DNA of 64,000 nucleotides from Candidatus Latescibacterota bacterium (GTDB taxonomy: Bacteria > Latescibacterota > UBA2968 > UBA8231): contig OZ241867.1 of the NCBI GenBank assembly GCA_965203175.1, forward strand, positions 4,608,001 to 4,672,000. The letters run 5' to 3'. Of this stretch, positions 38,766-49,251 are shown one piece after another. Positions within the stretch are counted from its first letter, which is position 1. Each line of letters opens with the position of its first letter. The notes below the pieces were generated by a model. It had not been told where the DNA came from and did no database searches. It saw only the letters and a program-made list of their open reading frames with translations. A program made the translations under genes and the position numbers.

Positions 38766-41004
38766 CCACGCTCAGGGAGATGCGGCGCAAGGGACGTATC
38801 TGGCGCTCGATCGTCGCGTAGTAATACTGCAGCGCGTTGTCCACTCGCAGGTTGATCTGCAGGGGCCCTAGCTTGTGGCTCAACTGCACATCGAGCAAGT
38901 AAATGGGTACATAGTCGCGCCCGCATTCGGCAAAGAGGCCGGATACCCTTTCAAAACGGCTGAGGTATTGGAAGTTTACTCGCCCGCTCGTGGGGCCACG
39001 CTTCCCTTGAAGGCCCAGATTGAGGACGTGGCGCGACCGGTAAGGCAGCGGCGCTTGATCGCCGTAATCGCCGTGACAATAAGGCGGCAGCACTTGGTCC
39101 GCATCGAGAAACTCCACGCCATCGATCAAGGTATAAGCCGCCCTAGCTCCTAGGCCCAGTGGCAAGGCAACTAGGAGCTCGCTTTCAAACCCGCCGACCC
39201 GCGCCTGCGCCAAGTTCATAAAGCGGGCTATGGGCACGGTTCCTCCAGCATAGGGGTCTGGACGCGCCTCAATGAGTCCTCGGTATTCGTTCCAAAACAG
39301 CGCCATATCCAAGGCCAACCACCTCGCCAGCTCCTGTTTGACCCCCACCTCGCTAGACCAAGCCCGCTCGGGATCTAGGGCGGGATTGGGACAGACGCGA
39401 ATACCAGAGGCCTCGGCCTGGGAAAAGACTTCAATCACCGCAGGCACGCGAAAGCCCCGACCGAGCGAAGCCCGCAGCGCGGTCGTCTCCGACAGTCGGT
39501 AGGAAAAGCCGGTCTGGGGACTGAATTCCCCGGTGCTTTTACTCGCGACCGACGGTACCCCGCACGGCCCTTCTGCCAACCCAGAGGCCTCGGAGAGCCG
39601 ACTCCAGTCGTAGCGCAACCCAACCGTCCACTCGGCCAGCGGACTAATTTCGTACACGCCTTGGGCGTAGCCGGAGACGGTCATCAGGGAACGCGTACCG
39701 AGAAAATCGCTGGGCGAGCGCACCAGATCAGCTATTGAGGCCAGCCCCAGCGTCCAATTCCAACCGCCCAATCCCGTGTAGTCGAACTGACCTTCGCCCG
39801 AAATTTTGTGGCCAGCCGAGGCCAAGCCCCCAGCCGCTGCGTTGTTGGTAAAATCCGTGCGGTAATACCCCAGCTTGAGCCGGTAGCCCAAATCACTGTG
39901 TACCAATCGGTAATACTCAGAATTGAGGTGCAACTTCCACGAGATAGTATGGGCCGATGCGTCGTTTTCGGGCACGGCTAGCGGATGACTGCGGTCGCGC
40001 CACTGGATGAAAACCCCGTGGTCGTCCAGAGCCCAGTTGCCCATCACGCGCCAATAGCTCGTCGGCGAAAAGCGATGCACGGCCTTGGCGTAGAGGTGGT
40101 AGCGGCGATTATCGCCGTTTTGGTGGTACCCCGTGCCCCGGTTGTGGCCCCCGCTCAGCGCCAAGCCGGTCCGACCCAAAACTCGATTGTGACTCAAGTC
40201 AAACCCGACAAAGTGCATCGGCGACTCGCGCCAACGCCACTGGCTATACGCCGGCTGGCTATACAGCCCGCTGAGCAGCCGAAAGCGGGTGCCCGGATCG
40301 CGCGCCGGATCGCGGGTAAGCACGTTGATTACCCCGCCCAAAGCCCCCGTGCCGTACAGGGCCGAGCCAGCTCCTTTGACCACCTCTACGCGCTCGACTT
40401 GCTGCAGGGGTATGGCATCCCACTTGATGTCGCCCACATCCGACGACAGCATTGGAAATCCATCCACCAGCATCAGCAGCCGACTGCCCGTGCCGCGACT
40501 GTAGCCGCTCGATCCGCGGACGACGGGCTGGTTACCTACTTGGCTGATGCCCGAGACATAGCGCAGGGGGCCTGTCAGCGAGAAGGCATTGTGATCGCCG
40601 ATGCGCTCGGCATCGGCGACTGAGATGCTAATGGGAGCTTGGGCAAAGGTCTGAGAGCGGCGGGCAGCGGAGACGATTAGTTCGGGAACTTCGACAGCCG
40701 TAGGTTCGAGGGCGACAACGCGCTCCTCCTCCCCGGGCGCAACGCCGCGCAGGGTGTGCGAGCGATAGCCAATATGCGAACAAAGCAGATCGTATTGGCC
40801 GGGCGGCAAGCCTTCGATTTGGCAGTAGCCCTCTTCGTTGGCGTATCCCCCAAATTCCGTCCCCAGCACTGCCAACGTCGCTCCGGACAGCGGGGTTTGG
40901 TCGCTGGCATCGAGGACGCGGACGACGATATCAGCGGCCGAACTCGGCCAAGAGTTCAGCAGGCAAAACGCGCTCGCACAGAGCAGTACTAAGCTCGGTC
41001 TCAT
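38752..41004 (-). CDS. TonB-dependent receptor with N-terminal carboxypeptidase-regulatory-like domain
   Basis: SHIGY, VERVEVVKGAGSALYG, GGVINV, LDPE; start uncertain. Confidence 0.9.
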   Translation of the reverse strand: MRPSLVLLCASAFCLLNSWPSSAADIVVRVLDASDQTPLSGATLAVLGTEFGGYANEEGYCQIEGLPPGQYDLLCSHIGYRSHTLRGVAPGEEERVVALEPTAVEVPELIVSAARRSQTFAQAPISISVADAERIGDHNAFSLTGPLRYVSGISQVGNQPVVRGSSGYSRGTGSRLLMLVDGFPMLSSDVGDIKWDAIPLQQVERVEVVKGAGSALYGTGALGGVINVLTRDPARDPGTRFRLLSGLYSQPAYSQWRWRESPMHFVGFDLSHNRVLGRTGLALSGGHNRGTGYHQNGDNRRYHLYAKAVHRFSPTSYWRVMGNWALDDHGVFIQWRDRSHPLAVPENDASAHTISWKLHLNSEYYRLVHSDLGYRLKLGYYRTDFTNNAAAGGLASAGHKISGEGQFDYTGLGGWNWTLGLASIADLVRSPSDFLGTRSLMTVSGYAQGVYEISPLAEWTVGLRYDWSRLSEASGLAEGPCGVPSVASKSTGEFSPQTGFSYRLSETTALRASLGRGFRVPAVIEVFSQAEASGIRVCPNPALDPERAWSSEVGVKQELARWLALDMALFWNEYRGLIEARPDPYAGGTVPIARFMNLAQARVGGFESELLVALPLGLGARAAYTLIDGVEFLDADQVLPPYCHGDYGDQAPLPYRSRHVLNLGLQGKRGPTSGRVNFQYLSRFERVSGLFAECGRDYVPIYLLDVQLSHKLGPLQINLRVDNALQYYYATIERQIRPLRRISLSVDGAL

Positions 41005-41443
41005 GGTCCAACACAGCGAAATTGATCTCAATGTCGATACCGGTAGCGACCTCTCCGGGGCCGACTTCTACCGGCGAAGGGAGGTCGGCGTCGGGTAGGT
41101 GATAGCAGCCCAAAAGCGAGGTAAAGTCCCAGAATAGGTCCTCCTGGCGCCAAGCCACGATAATCCACTGATAGACGCCTTCCCCGTCTAAGGGAACGAA
41201 ATAGTCATAGGACTCGACTCCGAGCGCGACCTCGGTGTCCCAGCCGTTGATGCGAAAAAAATCGGCAAGCGAAGCCGGCGGTTCGCGATAGACGGCCACG
41301 GCCACCTGCCCCACGTTCGCGGGCCACTCGCCGACAAAGTGCAGCCGACCGGCGATTCCGGTCTGCCCAGTGGCCTCGGCATCGAGACCGCGGTCGCAGC
41401 CCCAGCACAAGGCCAGAGCTGCGACCAAAAACCAAAATGGCAC
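40931..41443 (-). CDS. Putative lipoprotein
   Basis: LCWG-C lipobox-like signal; 3' end overlaps the TBDR start. Confidence 0.7.
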   Translation of the reverse strand: MPFWFLVAALALCWGCDRGLDAEATGQTGIAGRLHFVGEWPANVGQVAVAVYREPPASLADFFRINGWDTEVALGVESYDYFVPLDGEGVYQWIIVAWRQEDLFWDFTSLLGCYHLPDADLPSPVEVGPGEVATGIDIEINFAVLDHETELSTALCERVLPAELLAEFGR

Positions 41444-41449
41444 GGCCTA

Positions 41450-41953
41450 CTAGCCAGCAGCAGCGGCAGCAGCAGCCGAGAGTTCGGCAACATCAAATTC
41501 TGCGCCGTCAATGGTTATCGTTCCGGTAGCAGATAACTCGGTACCTTCGACTGCAATCGCCATATCGAGCACTAGTTCGGCGTCATGTGATCCAGAAAGG
41601 GTAACTGTCCCGGTCAGCGGAATGGGCGTCTCAGTCACCCCGACGTTCAAGATGCCGTTGATTATCAACGCACCGTCGGGCGAGAAATCCTGCAGCGTCC
41701 ATTCGTTGCCCGCGATTTCCACCGAGCCACCGCCCTCTCCCTCCACTGACGTCCCACCGACCGCCACGGCGAAGAAGACATTCGTAAAACTGGTGACCAG
41801 CGTACCGTATAGGCCGACGATTTCGGGCGTTAGCTCAGCCACCGCTGGCTCGGGCTCCACTGGTGCGGCTTCGTCGTCGTCGCCACCACAGGCGGCCAGC
41901 ACCAGAACGCCGCACAGGACCAAGGCCGTGGTTTTATCCAGCCATTTGCGCAT
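41450..41953 (-). CDS. Putative acidic lipoprotein
   Basis: LAA-CGGDDD lipobox; AGGAGG RBS. Confidence 0.8.
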   Translation of the reverse strand: MRKWLDKTTALVLCGVLVLAACGGDDDEAAPVEPEPAVAELTPEIVGLYGTLVTSFTNVFFAVAVGGTSVEGEGGGSVEIAGNEWTLQDFSPDGALIINGILNVGVTETPIPLTGTVTLSGSHDAELVLDMAIAVEGTELSATGTITIDGAEFDVAELSAAAAAAAG

Positions 41954-42025
41954 GATACTATCCTCCTAAAGGGATTAAGTGCGCCAAGCGCCTGCGACGC
42001 ACAGGATGGTAAATAGTTGCCTCGC

Positions 42026-43132
42026 TCAAGAAGCAGTTTCGCTCCCTCGAACGTAGCGCTCCAGAGCTTTTTCGTCCAGTACGCAACCCAAGCCCGGCTG
42101 CATGGGCGTGGGCACGTACCCATCGACAAAAGGAATCGGCTCGACGATCAGGTCGTCTTCGCGAGTCCAGCTCCCCACAAAATCCGAAGCCATCGTGCAG
42201 TTGGGCGCAGCCGCGGCCGCGTGGACGTACGCGGTATCAACAATGCCCAAGTCATTGCCCGACCCGTGCCAGCAGCGCAGGCCCGCCGCTGCCGCTACGG
42301 CCGCGTTCTTCTGAAAGCCCACGAGGCTGCCGCCCAAGTTCAGACAATCGACGACCTCGGCCTTGATGGCGCGGATGATAGCTGGCCCGCTCCCCACGTG
42401 CATGGCCACCGGCAGATTGATGGCCTCGTGGATCTGAATATAGCCTTCCAAGTCGGATTTAGGGATGGGATCCTCAAAGACCTCGACATTGCCCACGGCC
42501 TCTAGCTGCTGCGCCAACTCGATGGTCTGCTCGGCCGTGTGGAAGCGCTCGTTGGGATCGACCGTCACCTTGAAATCCACGCCGCCCACCTCGCGCATGG
42601 CCTGGAGCCTCTCGACCATCGGCTCCTCGATCTTGCACTTGATCTTGACGCCTTTGAACCCGTGCTCAAGCGCCCGCGCGACCGCCCGCTTGCCGTCTTC
42701 AGGCGTCTGGTGGCCCATCCAGTAGTCGGCGCGCACCCGGTCGCGCACCGCGCCGCCCAATAGCGCGTGTACCGGCACTTGGCGAGCCTTGCCCACCAAG
42801 TCAAAAATCGCCATCTCAAAGGCGTCGTACGCCGGCCCAGTTCCCACCGTCGGCAGTTCCTCCGTACCGTCGTGCCGATCAGCAAAAATATCCTGCAAGG
42901 TCAGTTGCTCGGGATCTTTGCCCAAAAGCTGGGCCGCTCCTTCCCGGACCTGGTCTATCGGCACGCCGCGGCCAGTCTCGCCCAAGCCCACCAATTCAGT
43001 ATCCGTATTCAGGCGCACGATGTGCTTGGGCACTTGGTCCCACCCGGTTTCGGCGACCCATTCCGGGCTGTGTACCCGACCGGAGATGGTCGGCACCACT
43101 ACGGTCCAAATATCGACAGCCGTTATTTTCAT
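42026..43132 (-). CDS. Mandelate racemase/muconate lactonizing (enolase superfamily) enzyme
   Basis: MKITAVD, KIK, VDPN, FEDP, PGLG; ATGA overlap with the upstream gene. Confidence 0.88.
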   Translation of the reverse strand: MKITAVDIWTVVVPTISGRVHSPEWVAETGWDQVPKHIVRLNTDTELVGLGETGRGVPIDQVREGAAQLLGKDPEQLTLQDIFADRHDGTEELPTVGTGPAYDAFEMAIFDLVGKARQVPVHALLGGAVRDRVRADYWMGHQTPEDGKRAVARALEHGFKGVKIKCKIEEPMVERLQAMREVGGVDFKVTVDPNERFHTAEQTIELAQQLEAVGNVEVFEDPIPKSDLEGYIQIHEAINLPVAMHVGSGPAIIRAIKAEVVDCLNLGGSLVGFQKNAAVAAAAGLRCWHGSGNDLGIVDTAYVHAAAAAPNCTMASDFVGSWTREDDLIVEPIPFVDGYVPTPMQPGLGCVLDEKALERYVRGSETAS

Positions 43133-44193
43133 GGGATAAAACTCGTCTTTCCATCGACGGTCAGCGCAAACTCCGCCAATAGCTGTGCGGTGTGGTCCAA
43201 ATCGGCCAAGGACGCGATCTCGACTGGCGTGTGCATGTAGCGCTGCGGCACGCTGACCAAGCCAGTGGCCACCCCGGCCCGACTGAGTTGGATGGCGTTG
43301 GCGTCCGTGCCCGTACCTCCCGGCTCGGCTTGGATCTGATAGGGAATTTTCTTCTTCTCTGCTACCTCCACCAGTCGCTCGTACACGACCGGGCTGGCGT
43401 TGGCCCCGCGCAAAATGACCGGCCCTCCACCCAACTTGCACTCGCCGACTTGGCGTTTATCAATATCTGGATGATCCGTTGCCCAAGTAACATCCACAGC
43501 AATACCCACCAGCGGATCTACCCCATAAGCACTGGTCTTGGCTCCCCGCAACCCCACTTCCTCCTGCACGGTGGCCACCGCATACACCGCGGCGCGGCAC
43601 TTGCGCTTGGCGCGGCTCACCCGCCGCAGCGCCTCGGCGACCACCCAAGCACCGGCCTTATTGTCAATCCCCCGCGACACCACCAGCCCATTGCGCAGTT
43701 CCTCAAAGTTGGCATCGTAGGTCACGGGGTCGCCGATGGCCACTAGTTGCCGCGCCTCGTCCGCGTCGGCCGCGCCGATATCGATCCACAAGTCGTGTTT
43801 GTCCGGTACTTTGGTCCGATCCGCTGCCTTCATCAGGTGAATGGGCTTTTTGCCCAACACGCCCAAGACCGGCCCTTGCGCCGTGTGGACGCGCACCTTG
43901 CGGCCCGGTACGATCTGCAAGTCAAAGCCGCCGATGGTGTCAAAGTACAGATAGCCTTTGTCGTCGATGTAAACGATCTGGAAACCCAACTCGTCGGCAT
44001 GCCCGGCGAACATGATCTTGGGGCGACCGGATTCGTTGTGGATGCCGATGGTATTGCCGTGGACATCGACCTCGACGCGGTCGGCGTACTTTGCCACTGC
44101 GTCCTTCCACACCGCCCGCACCGGCCCTTCGTAACCCGAAGGACCAGGGGCACTGAGGAGATCGACGAGGAACTGCTTGGATGCTGGACGCAT
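43129..44193 (-). CDS. M42 family metallopeptidase
   Basis: PSGYE, GHADE, DNKAG, QEEVG, GTD, RYMHTPVE. Confidence 0.93.
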   Translation of the reverse strand: MRPASKQFLVDLLSAPGPSGYEGPVRAVWKDAVAKYADRVEVDVHGNTIGIHNESGRPKIMFAGHADELGFQIVYIDDKGYLYFDTIGGFDLQIVPGRKVRVHTAQGPVLGVLGKKPIHLMKAADRTKVPDKHDLWIDIGAADADEARQLVAIGDPVTYDANFEELRNGLVVSRGIDNKAGAWVVAEALRRVSRAKRKCRAAVYAVATVQEEVGLRGAKTSAYGVDPLVGIAVDVTWATDHPDIDKRQVGECKLGGGPVILRGANASPVVYERLVEVAEKKKIPYQIQAEPGGTGTDANAIQLSRAGVATGLVSVPQRYMHTPVEIASLADLDHTAQLLAEFALTVDGKTSFIP

Positions 44194-44203
44194 AAATCTC
44201 CTT

Positions 44204-45661
44204 CTAGTCTGATGTCGCAGGTTTACAACAGGCACCAATGGCGCAGACCGCCGTGTTGACGACGAGACCAATCACTCCGGCGTGAAAGCCCCAGATCATC
44301 GGTTTGCCCCCGAAGGTAAACCCCAGTGCCACCGCCAGCCCGCACACCATGCCGAGCAGCGCCGTCTGCGCCGATAGCCGCTTCCAGTACAACCCTAGGA
44401 AAAAGCACGGCACAACCTGGATCAAGACCTCGAACTTCAACTCCAACAGCCGTACCAAGGTCGCGTCGGTACCGATCGCCACCGCGACCAGCACGGCGAC
44501 GATGACCCACGAGCAAATCTTGCCCACCTTCGTCAGCTCGGCCTCCGTGGCCTGCGGCCGGAAATACGGCAGGTAAATGTCTTTGGTGAACATCGACGAG
44601 ATCGACAACAGCGCCGAATCCGCAGTGGACATCAGCGCCGCCAGCACCGCGGCAAAGATCGCCACGACCAGCCAGTAGCCCAGCGCGGACTCACCCATCA
44701 CCAGCGCGCAGAGCCGGGCCAGCACTTGGTCGCTTTCGGCTTTGCTCAGATCGGGCAACACCACCGCAGCCGTCAAGCCGCAAATCAAGGCCACTAGAGT
44801 CGTAGTCAGCGGCATAAAGGCCATCAGGGTCAGCGAGCGCTTGAGCACCGAGACCGAGCGGCTGGCGTACAGCCGTTGGATCGCCTGTGGGTAAATGGCC
44901 GCCCCACAGCCCAACAGCAGCGCGTAGCTTATCCACTTGTTGGCCCCCTCCAGACTCGGCGCTTGGACCTTGGGCGGATCCATTTCGCTCAGTTGGGCCA
45001 CCACATGCCCCAGGCCCCCACCTAGATTCTGCGGGATGAGAAAGACCAAAATGCCGAAGCCCAACAGCAGCACGCCCCCCTGCATAACATCCGTCCACGC
45101 CACCGAGCGCATCCCCCCCAAGGTCTCATAGATGACCATAATCACTGCCAAGCCGATAATGCCGTAGCTGCCGGGAATCGCGCCGTCGGTGATCCCTTCT
45201 ACTGCCGCACCCATCGCCTTGAGTTGGGCCAGCGCGTAGTTGCCCAGTGCGTAGATCATCAAGACCGTACTCAGCAGCGTCAGCACCGCCGAGCGGAAGC
45301 GATGCGTAATATAGTCGCCAGGGGTGATAAACCCCTCTTTGCGCGCCAGCGCGACCAAGCGCGGGGCAAAGAGCATGTAGCCGACGATGATCGAGAACAT
45401 AAAGAGCACCGACGCCGTCCACTCAAAGCCAATGCGATAGGTCTTGCCCGTGTAGCCAAAGAGCGTATTGCCGCTGTACTGGGTCGCGTAGAGCGTCAAA
45501 AAGAGCACCAGCAGACCCATCGAGCGCCCCGCCAGATAGAAGTCGGCCATGCTATTGGAGCGGCGGCGCGTGCGCGCAATCCACCCCACGCCGATCATCG
45601 AGACCAGGTACAGCCCCACCGCGATGAGTGCGCCCGGACCAAACACCATGCCGCCCATCAC
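44204..45661 (-). CDS. Sodium:solute symporter
   Basis: FYLAGRS, ATQYSGN, GGMRSVAWTD, AALMSTADS. Confidence 0.93.
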   Translation of the reverse strand: MMGGMVFGPGALIAVGLYLVSMIGVGWIARTRRRSNSMADFYLAGRSMGLLVLFLTLYATQYSGNTLFGYTGKTYRIGFEWTASVLFMFSIIVGYMLFAPRLVALARKEGFITPGDYITHRFRSAVLTLLSTVLMIYALGNYALAQLKAMGAAVEGITDGAIPGSYGIIGLAVIMVIYETLGGMRSVAWTDVMQGGVLLLGFGILVFLIPQNLGGGLGHVVAQLSEMDPPKVQAPSLEGANKWISYALLLGCGAAIYPQAIQRLYASRSVSVLKRSLTLMAFMPLTTTLVALICGLTAAVVLPDLSKAESDQVLARLCALVMGESALGYWLVVAIFAAVLAALMSTADSALLSISSMFTKDIYLPYFRPQATEAELTKVGKICSWVIVAVLVAVAIGTDATLVRLLELKFEVLIQVVPCFFLGLYWKRLSAQTALLGMVCGLAVALGFTFGGKPMIWGFHAGVIGLVVNTAVCAIGACCKPATSD

Positions 45662-45897
45662 TCTTCCTCCTCGGTATCAATCCAGTAGCGGCGGATCACA
45701 AAAGCCGTCCAAGCGGCCAACAACAGCACCGCCCCCAGCGACACTGCCACCCACAGCGGAAAACCCAGCACCAGCGGCCCCCGATACCCCTCGGGCCAGT
45801 ACCAGGGAACGGCCACCGCATAGAGCAGCAAATAGACGATCCAGATGTAGCCGACCTTGCGCGGCTCAGAGACGAGTTGTTCTTGCGAGTCATTCAT
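45658..45897 (-). CDS. Small 2-TM symporter accessory protein (DUF3311/DUF997-like)
   Basis: PWYWP...VLGFPLW; ATGA-coupled to the symporter. Confidence 0.75.
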   Translation of the reverse strand: MNDSQEQLVSEPRKVGYIWIVYLLLYAVAVPWYWPEGYRGPLVLGFPLWVAVSLGAVLLLAAWTAFVIRRYWIDTEEEE

Positions 45898-45943
45898 AAT
45901 GAGCAAATCAAAGCGCAGACACCGGAGTTGACAAGGCTTGGTC

Positions 45944-47119
45944 CTAAATCCTGTCAAAAGGCACTGTACTCGCCCCCTGCGGCCGGGGTCCGGTGGGACG
46001 GATAGGCATGTTTTCGGGGGCCTGGTACTGCACGTCCAAATGCGGCGTCTCCAGCCGTATATGGCCTTGGTGACGCGAATCCATCAGCGCGTCCAGACCG
46101 CCGCTTACCAGCAGGGTGCGCTCCACCGGGTACTGCGGTTGGCCCGTGAGAAACATCTCCTGGATATTGAGGCCCAAGTAGCTAAAGTGGGGATAGGGCG
46201 GCCCGTGCAAGCGCAGGCCCGTGGCCTGTACCTCGCCGTTGACGCGGGCCGCGTACGACCATTCCTCGACGTACCCGTTCAAGTGCAGCAGGGTGGCTTT
46301 GAAACCATCCCTGTATTCCAGCAGAAAGGCCGCTGGATTTTCGCAGGCTTTCTCCATGGGGTCGGCCGAGGTTTTGCCCACAGCTGCGGCCGCGTCAGCC
46401 AACTCGCGCGACCACAGGCCGTCGGCACCGGCCTGCCACACGGCCTCGCCCTCCAAACACTGCACGGCCACCAGACCTGTCTCACCGCCCCGACGCCGCT
46501 CGACCATGGCCTGCAGGCCCTCAAAGCCGTGATAGCCGTAGGACTCAATGCCGCCAAAGCTGAGCATGAGGGCGTCTTCGATGGGGACATCCCGCTCGTG
46601 TTCGAGCCAAGGGTCACGCCAGCCCAAGGGCACTGAAGAGCCGGCCATAAAGGGGACGTTAAGTTCCACTGCCCGATCGTACATCCACTTGGCGTCACTC
46701 CAGTTGTAGGACAGGTGCTTGTCGCTGAACACCGGCACCGAGCGGCTGGAGGTGGCCATAACGCCGCAGATCTGTTCAAAGAAAAAGCGCCGGGGATACA
46801 GGTGCTGGCCCTTCTCGTTGAAGGCGTACGCGCCGTGTTCGCCAATGGAGATTACGCCGTCGACGGCCAATTTGTCGCCACCCAGACTCAGAGCCGCGGG
46901 GATACTCTGGTACACGGGTATATCGTATTCTTTGGATACTTGTAGGCCGATGTCATTGTCGGGTATCTGGTCCAGGTACATGGAGGCGATATCCACCTGC
47001 GGATCCTGCATGCCCTCGTCCGTGGGAAAACCCTTGATGAACTTGCCGACAATGACATCGGCGTGCGCCGGGACGCGGTATTCGGTAATAATGGCGGCGA
47101 TCTTTTTGCGCTGGGTCAT
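45944..47119 (-). CDS. Hypothetical oxidoreductase-like protein
   Basis: IAAIITEY..HADVI, IGEHG, DKHL, MAGSS, YPVERTLL. Confidence 0.8.
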   Translation of the reverse strand: MTQRKKIAAIITEYRVPAHADVIVGKFIKGFPTDEGMQDPQVDIASMYLDQIPDNDIGLQVSKEYDIPVYQSIPAALSLGGDKLAVDGVISIGEHGAYAFNEKGQHLYPRRFFFEQICGVMATSSRSVPVFSDKHLSYNWSDAKWMYDRAVELNVPFMAGSSVPLGWRDPWLEHERDVPIEDALMLSFGGIESYGYHGFEGLQAMVERRRGGETGLVAVQCLEGEAVWQAGADGLWSRELADAAAAVGKTSADPMEKACENPAAFLLEYRDGFKATLLHLNGYVEEWSYAARVNGEVQATGLRLHGPPYPHFSYLGLNIQEMFLTGQPQYPVERTLLVSGGLDALMDSRHQGHIRLETPHLDVQYQAPENMPIRPTGPRPQGASTVPFDRI

Positions 47120-47298
47120 GGTTGCCTCTCTATGGTTGGATTTGGTTGGATCAAGATAATATCCCGACGGCAGTCCGCAATCGCATTGGGAACTCTGGCC
47201 GCCTCTCTGAAAAACCGGCCGCATTTACTTCGTTGGGTTATTTAGTCTATGATATAGATGTTAAAACCACATAAAATTAGGCCACAGGAGGTTCTTCA

Positions 47299-48297
47299 AT
47301 GACCAGTTCACGCCCCATCAAATGGGGCATCCTCAGCACCGCCAGAATCGGCGTCACCGCCTTCATACCCTCGGCCCGCGCCACACCCGATGCCCAAGTC
47401 CATGCCATAGCCAGCCGCAGCCAAACCACCGCCGACGCCTTTGCCCGCGACCACGATATTCCCGTGGCGCTGGGCAGTTACCAAGCCCTGCTCGACCACC
47501 CGGACATCGACGCCATCTATATCTCGCTGCCCAACTCGCTGCACGCCAAATGGACCATCAAAGCCGCCGAGGCGGGCAAACACATCTTTTGCGAAAAACC
47601 CCTCGCCGTCACCGCAGCCGAAGGCCGGCAAATGGTCGAGGCTTGCCGCAAGGCCGACGTATTGCTCTTTGAGGCTTTTGTCTTCATGCACCATCCCCAA
47701 AGCCGCCGCCTCAAGGAAATCATCGCAGCCGGCGAGATCGGCACCCTGCGCCACATTAACGCCGGCATGACCTTCGTCGTCAACGACCCCAGCAACATCC
47801 GCCTGATTAAAGCGTTGGGCGGCGGCAGCATTTACGACGGCGGCGTGTACCCCATCACCTTTTCGCGCTTTATCGCCGGCACCGACCCGATTAGCGTCCA
47901 GGCGCACATGCGCTTAGACGCGCAAGCCGGGGTGGACGTGGCCACCTCGCTCATCCTCGAATACCTCGACGGCCTCACCGCGACTTTGTACTGTAGTTTC
48001 GAGGGTCGCGGCGGGTCTCATGCTCTCATCACTGGAGATCAGGGACGATTGGTTGTGCCCTCTCCGTACCATCCCGGTGCAGAGAGCAGCTTTGAAGTGG
48101 TCATTGGCTCCGATGAGAGCCGCAGCGAGACTTTCCAGACCGGCACACCACCTTTCCAGCCGGCCATCGACTTTTTCCAGCAATGTATGCGCGGAGAAGA
48201 AACCCCCGCCTATATGGCAGACCACGCCGACGGCACGCTCAGAGTGGTCGAGGCGGCTTTTGAATCGGCCCGCAGTGGGCGGCGGGTGGAGCTGTAG
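47299..48297 (+). CDS. Gfo/Idh/MocA oxidoreductase
   Basis: WGILSTARI, CEKP, GGGSIYDGGVY. Confidence 0.92.
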   Translation: MTSSRPIKWGILSTARIGVTAFIPSARATPDAQVHAIASRSQTTADAFARDHDIPVALGSYQALLDHPDIDAIYISLPNSLHAKWTIKAAEAGKHIFCEKPLAVTAAEGRQMVEACRKADVLLFEAFVFMHHPQSRRLKEIIAAGEIGTLRHINAGMTFVVNDPSNIRLIKALGGGSIYDGGVYPITFSRFIAGTDPISVQAHMRLDAQAGVDVATSLILEYLDGLTATLYCSFEGRGGSHALITGDQGRLVVPSPYHPGAESSFEVVIGSDESRSETFQTGTPPFQPAIDFFQQCMRGEETPAYMADHADGTLRVVEAAFESARSGRRVEL

Positions 48298-48339
48298 GAT
48301 TACTTTCGCAGACCAGCACCAGCCCCGTTACAGATTGAG

Positions 48340-48606
48340 TTACACACGCTGTTTGGCGGGCTGTGCAGGTGTGCCCATCAACATGCCTTCTGCACTGATG
48401 TCTTCATCGATATCCGGCCAGTGAACGCCCTGCCCATCGCCGATAAATTCATAGTTTTCACGCTGAGCGGGGGTTGCCTCGGAAAGCCGCCAGGACCAAA
48501 CGAGTGGCACACTGATTGTTCGACCATCGAACAAGTCAGCGATGATCAAGTCCTCAGTAATCCTGATGGATTTGATGCGAGGTTCCATATTATTCACAGT
48601 GTTCAC
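48340..48606 (-). CDS. DUF2442 protein (putative TA component)
   Basis: DGRTISVPLVWSWRL, GVHWPDIDEDIS. Confidence 0.88.
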   Translation of the reverse strand: MNTVNNMEPRIKSIRITEDLIIADLFDGRTISVPLVWSWRLSEATPAQRENYEFIGDGQGVHWPDIDEDISAEGMLMGTPAQPAKQRV

Positions 48607-48826
48607 GCCAAGCCTCCAAAATTATCACGTAGTTCGATTGGATCAACCGCCGAATTTCATTCAGCTCGTGGGGAGAGAACCCGTAATTTTTGCACAATGC
48701 GATGGGTTCAAGCCAGTATTTGCATGTTCTTTTTTCTCTTCTGACATGCACATGCCGAGGTTCCTGACAGTCAAAGCTGAAAAAGAAGAATCGATACGGC
48801 CCTTGGATGCCGCTAACCCTTGGCAT
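48590..48826 (-). CDS. DUF4160 protein (putative TA component)
   Basis: YRFFFFS..EPRHVHV...KYWL...AW. Confidence 0.88.
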   Translation of the reverse strand: MPRVSGIQGPYRFFFFSFDCQEPRHVHVRREKRTCKYWLEPIALCKNYGFSPHELNEIRRLIQSNYVIILEAWREHCE

Positions 48827-48846
48827 TGTAACCCTCTCAAAATAGG

Positions 48847-48891
48847 GTAGTCTTCATAGGTAAACTTGACTATGGGATTGGGGATAGCCAT
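48847..48891 (-). pseudogene. N-terminal remnant of a Uma2-type gene
   Basis: GGAGAGG RBS then MAIPNPIVKFTYEDY, after which resemblance ends. Confidence 0.5.
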
Positions 48892-48967
48892 GGTCGCCGT
48901 CCTCTCCCTGGTGATGCGTTTCGCCAAGCCCTCCGGGACATTCAGCTAGCAGTCGAAAACCGATTGA

Positions 48968-49138
48968 CTAACCTTTTCGCGTAGCCGGATTTGCCGTATC
49001 TGTTCCGTCTTTGACCGGCGTCAGGCACATCTCGTCGAACATCCTCATGGTCATTTTGTTCAGGACGTCCGCTTCGTGGAGCCCAAGGGCTGTCTCGTGT
49101 ATAGCCGCCAACATCTCGCTTTTGTACTGTTCACTCAT
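48968..49138 (-). pseudogene. Truncated HigA-like antitoxin lacking its HTH
   Basis: MSEQYKSEMLAAIHETALGLHEADVLNKMTMRMFDEMCLTPV, then an unrelated tail and stop. Confidence 0.65.
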
Positions 49139-49251
49139 CGTTTGGTACTTCAAGTAATGAATGCGCTGAGCATTGTCAACACGATAGCGGAATTCTCGTG
49201 CCTGCGGAGGCGGTCCATGACCTCGGCAGGGCACCTGCACCCAAGGCTACC

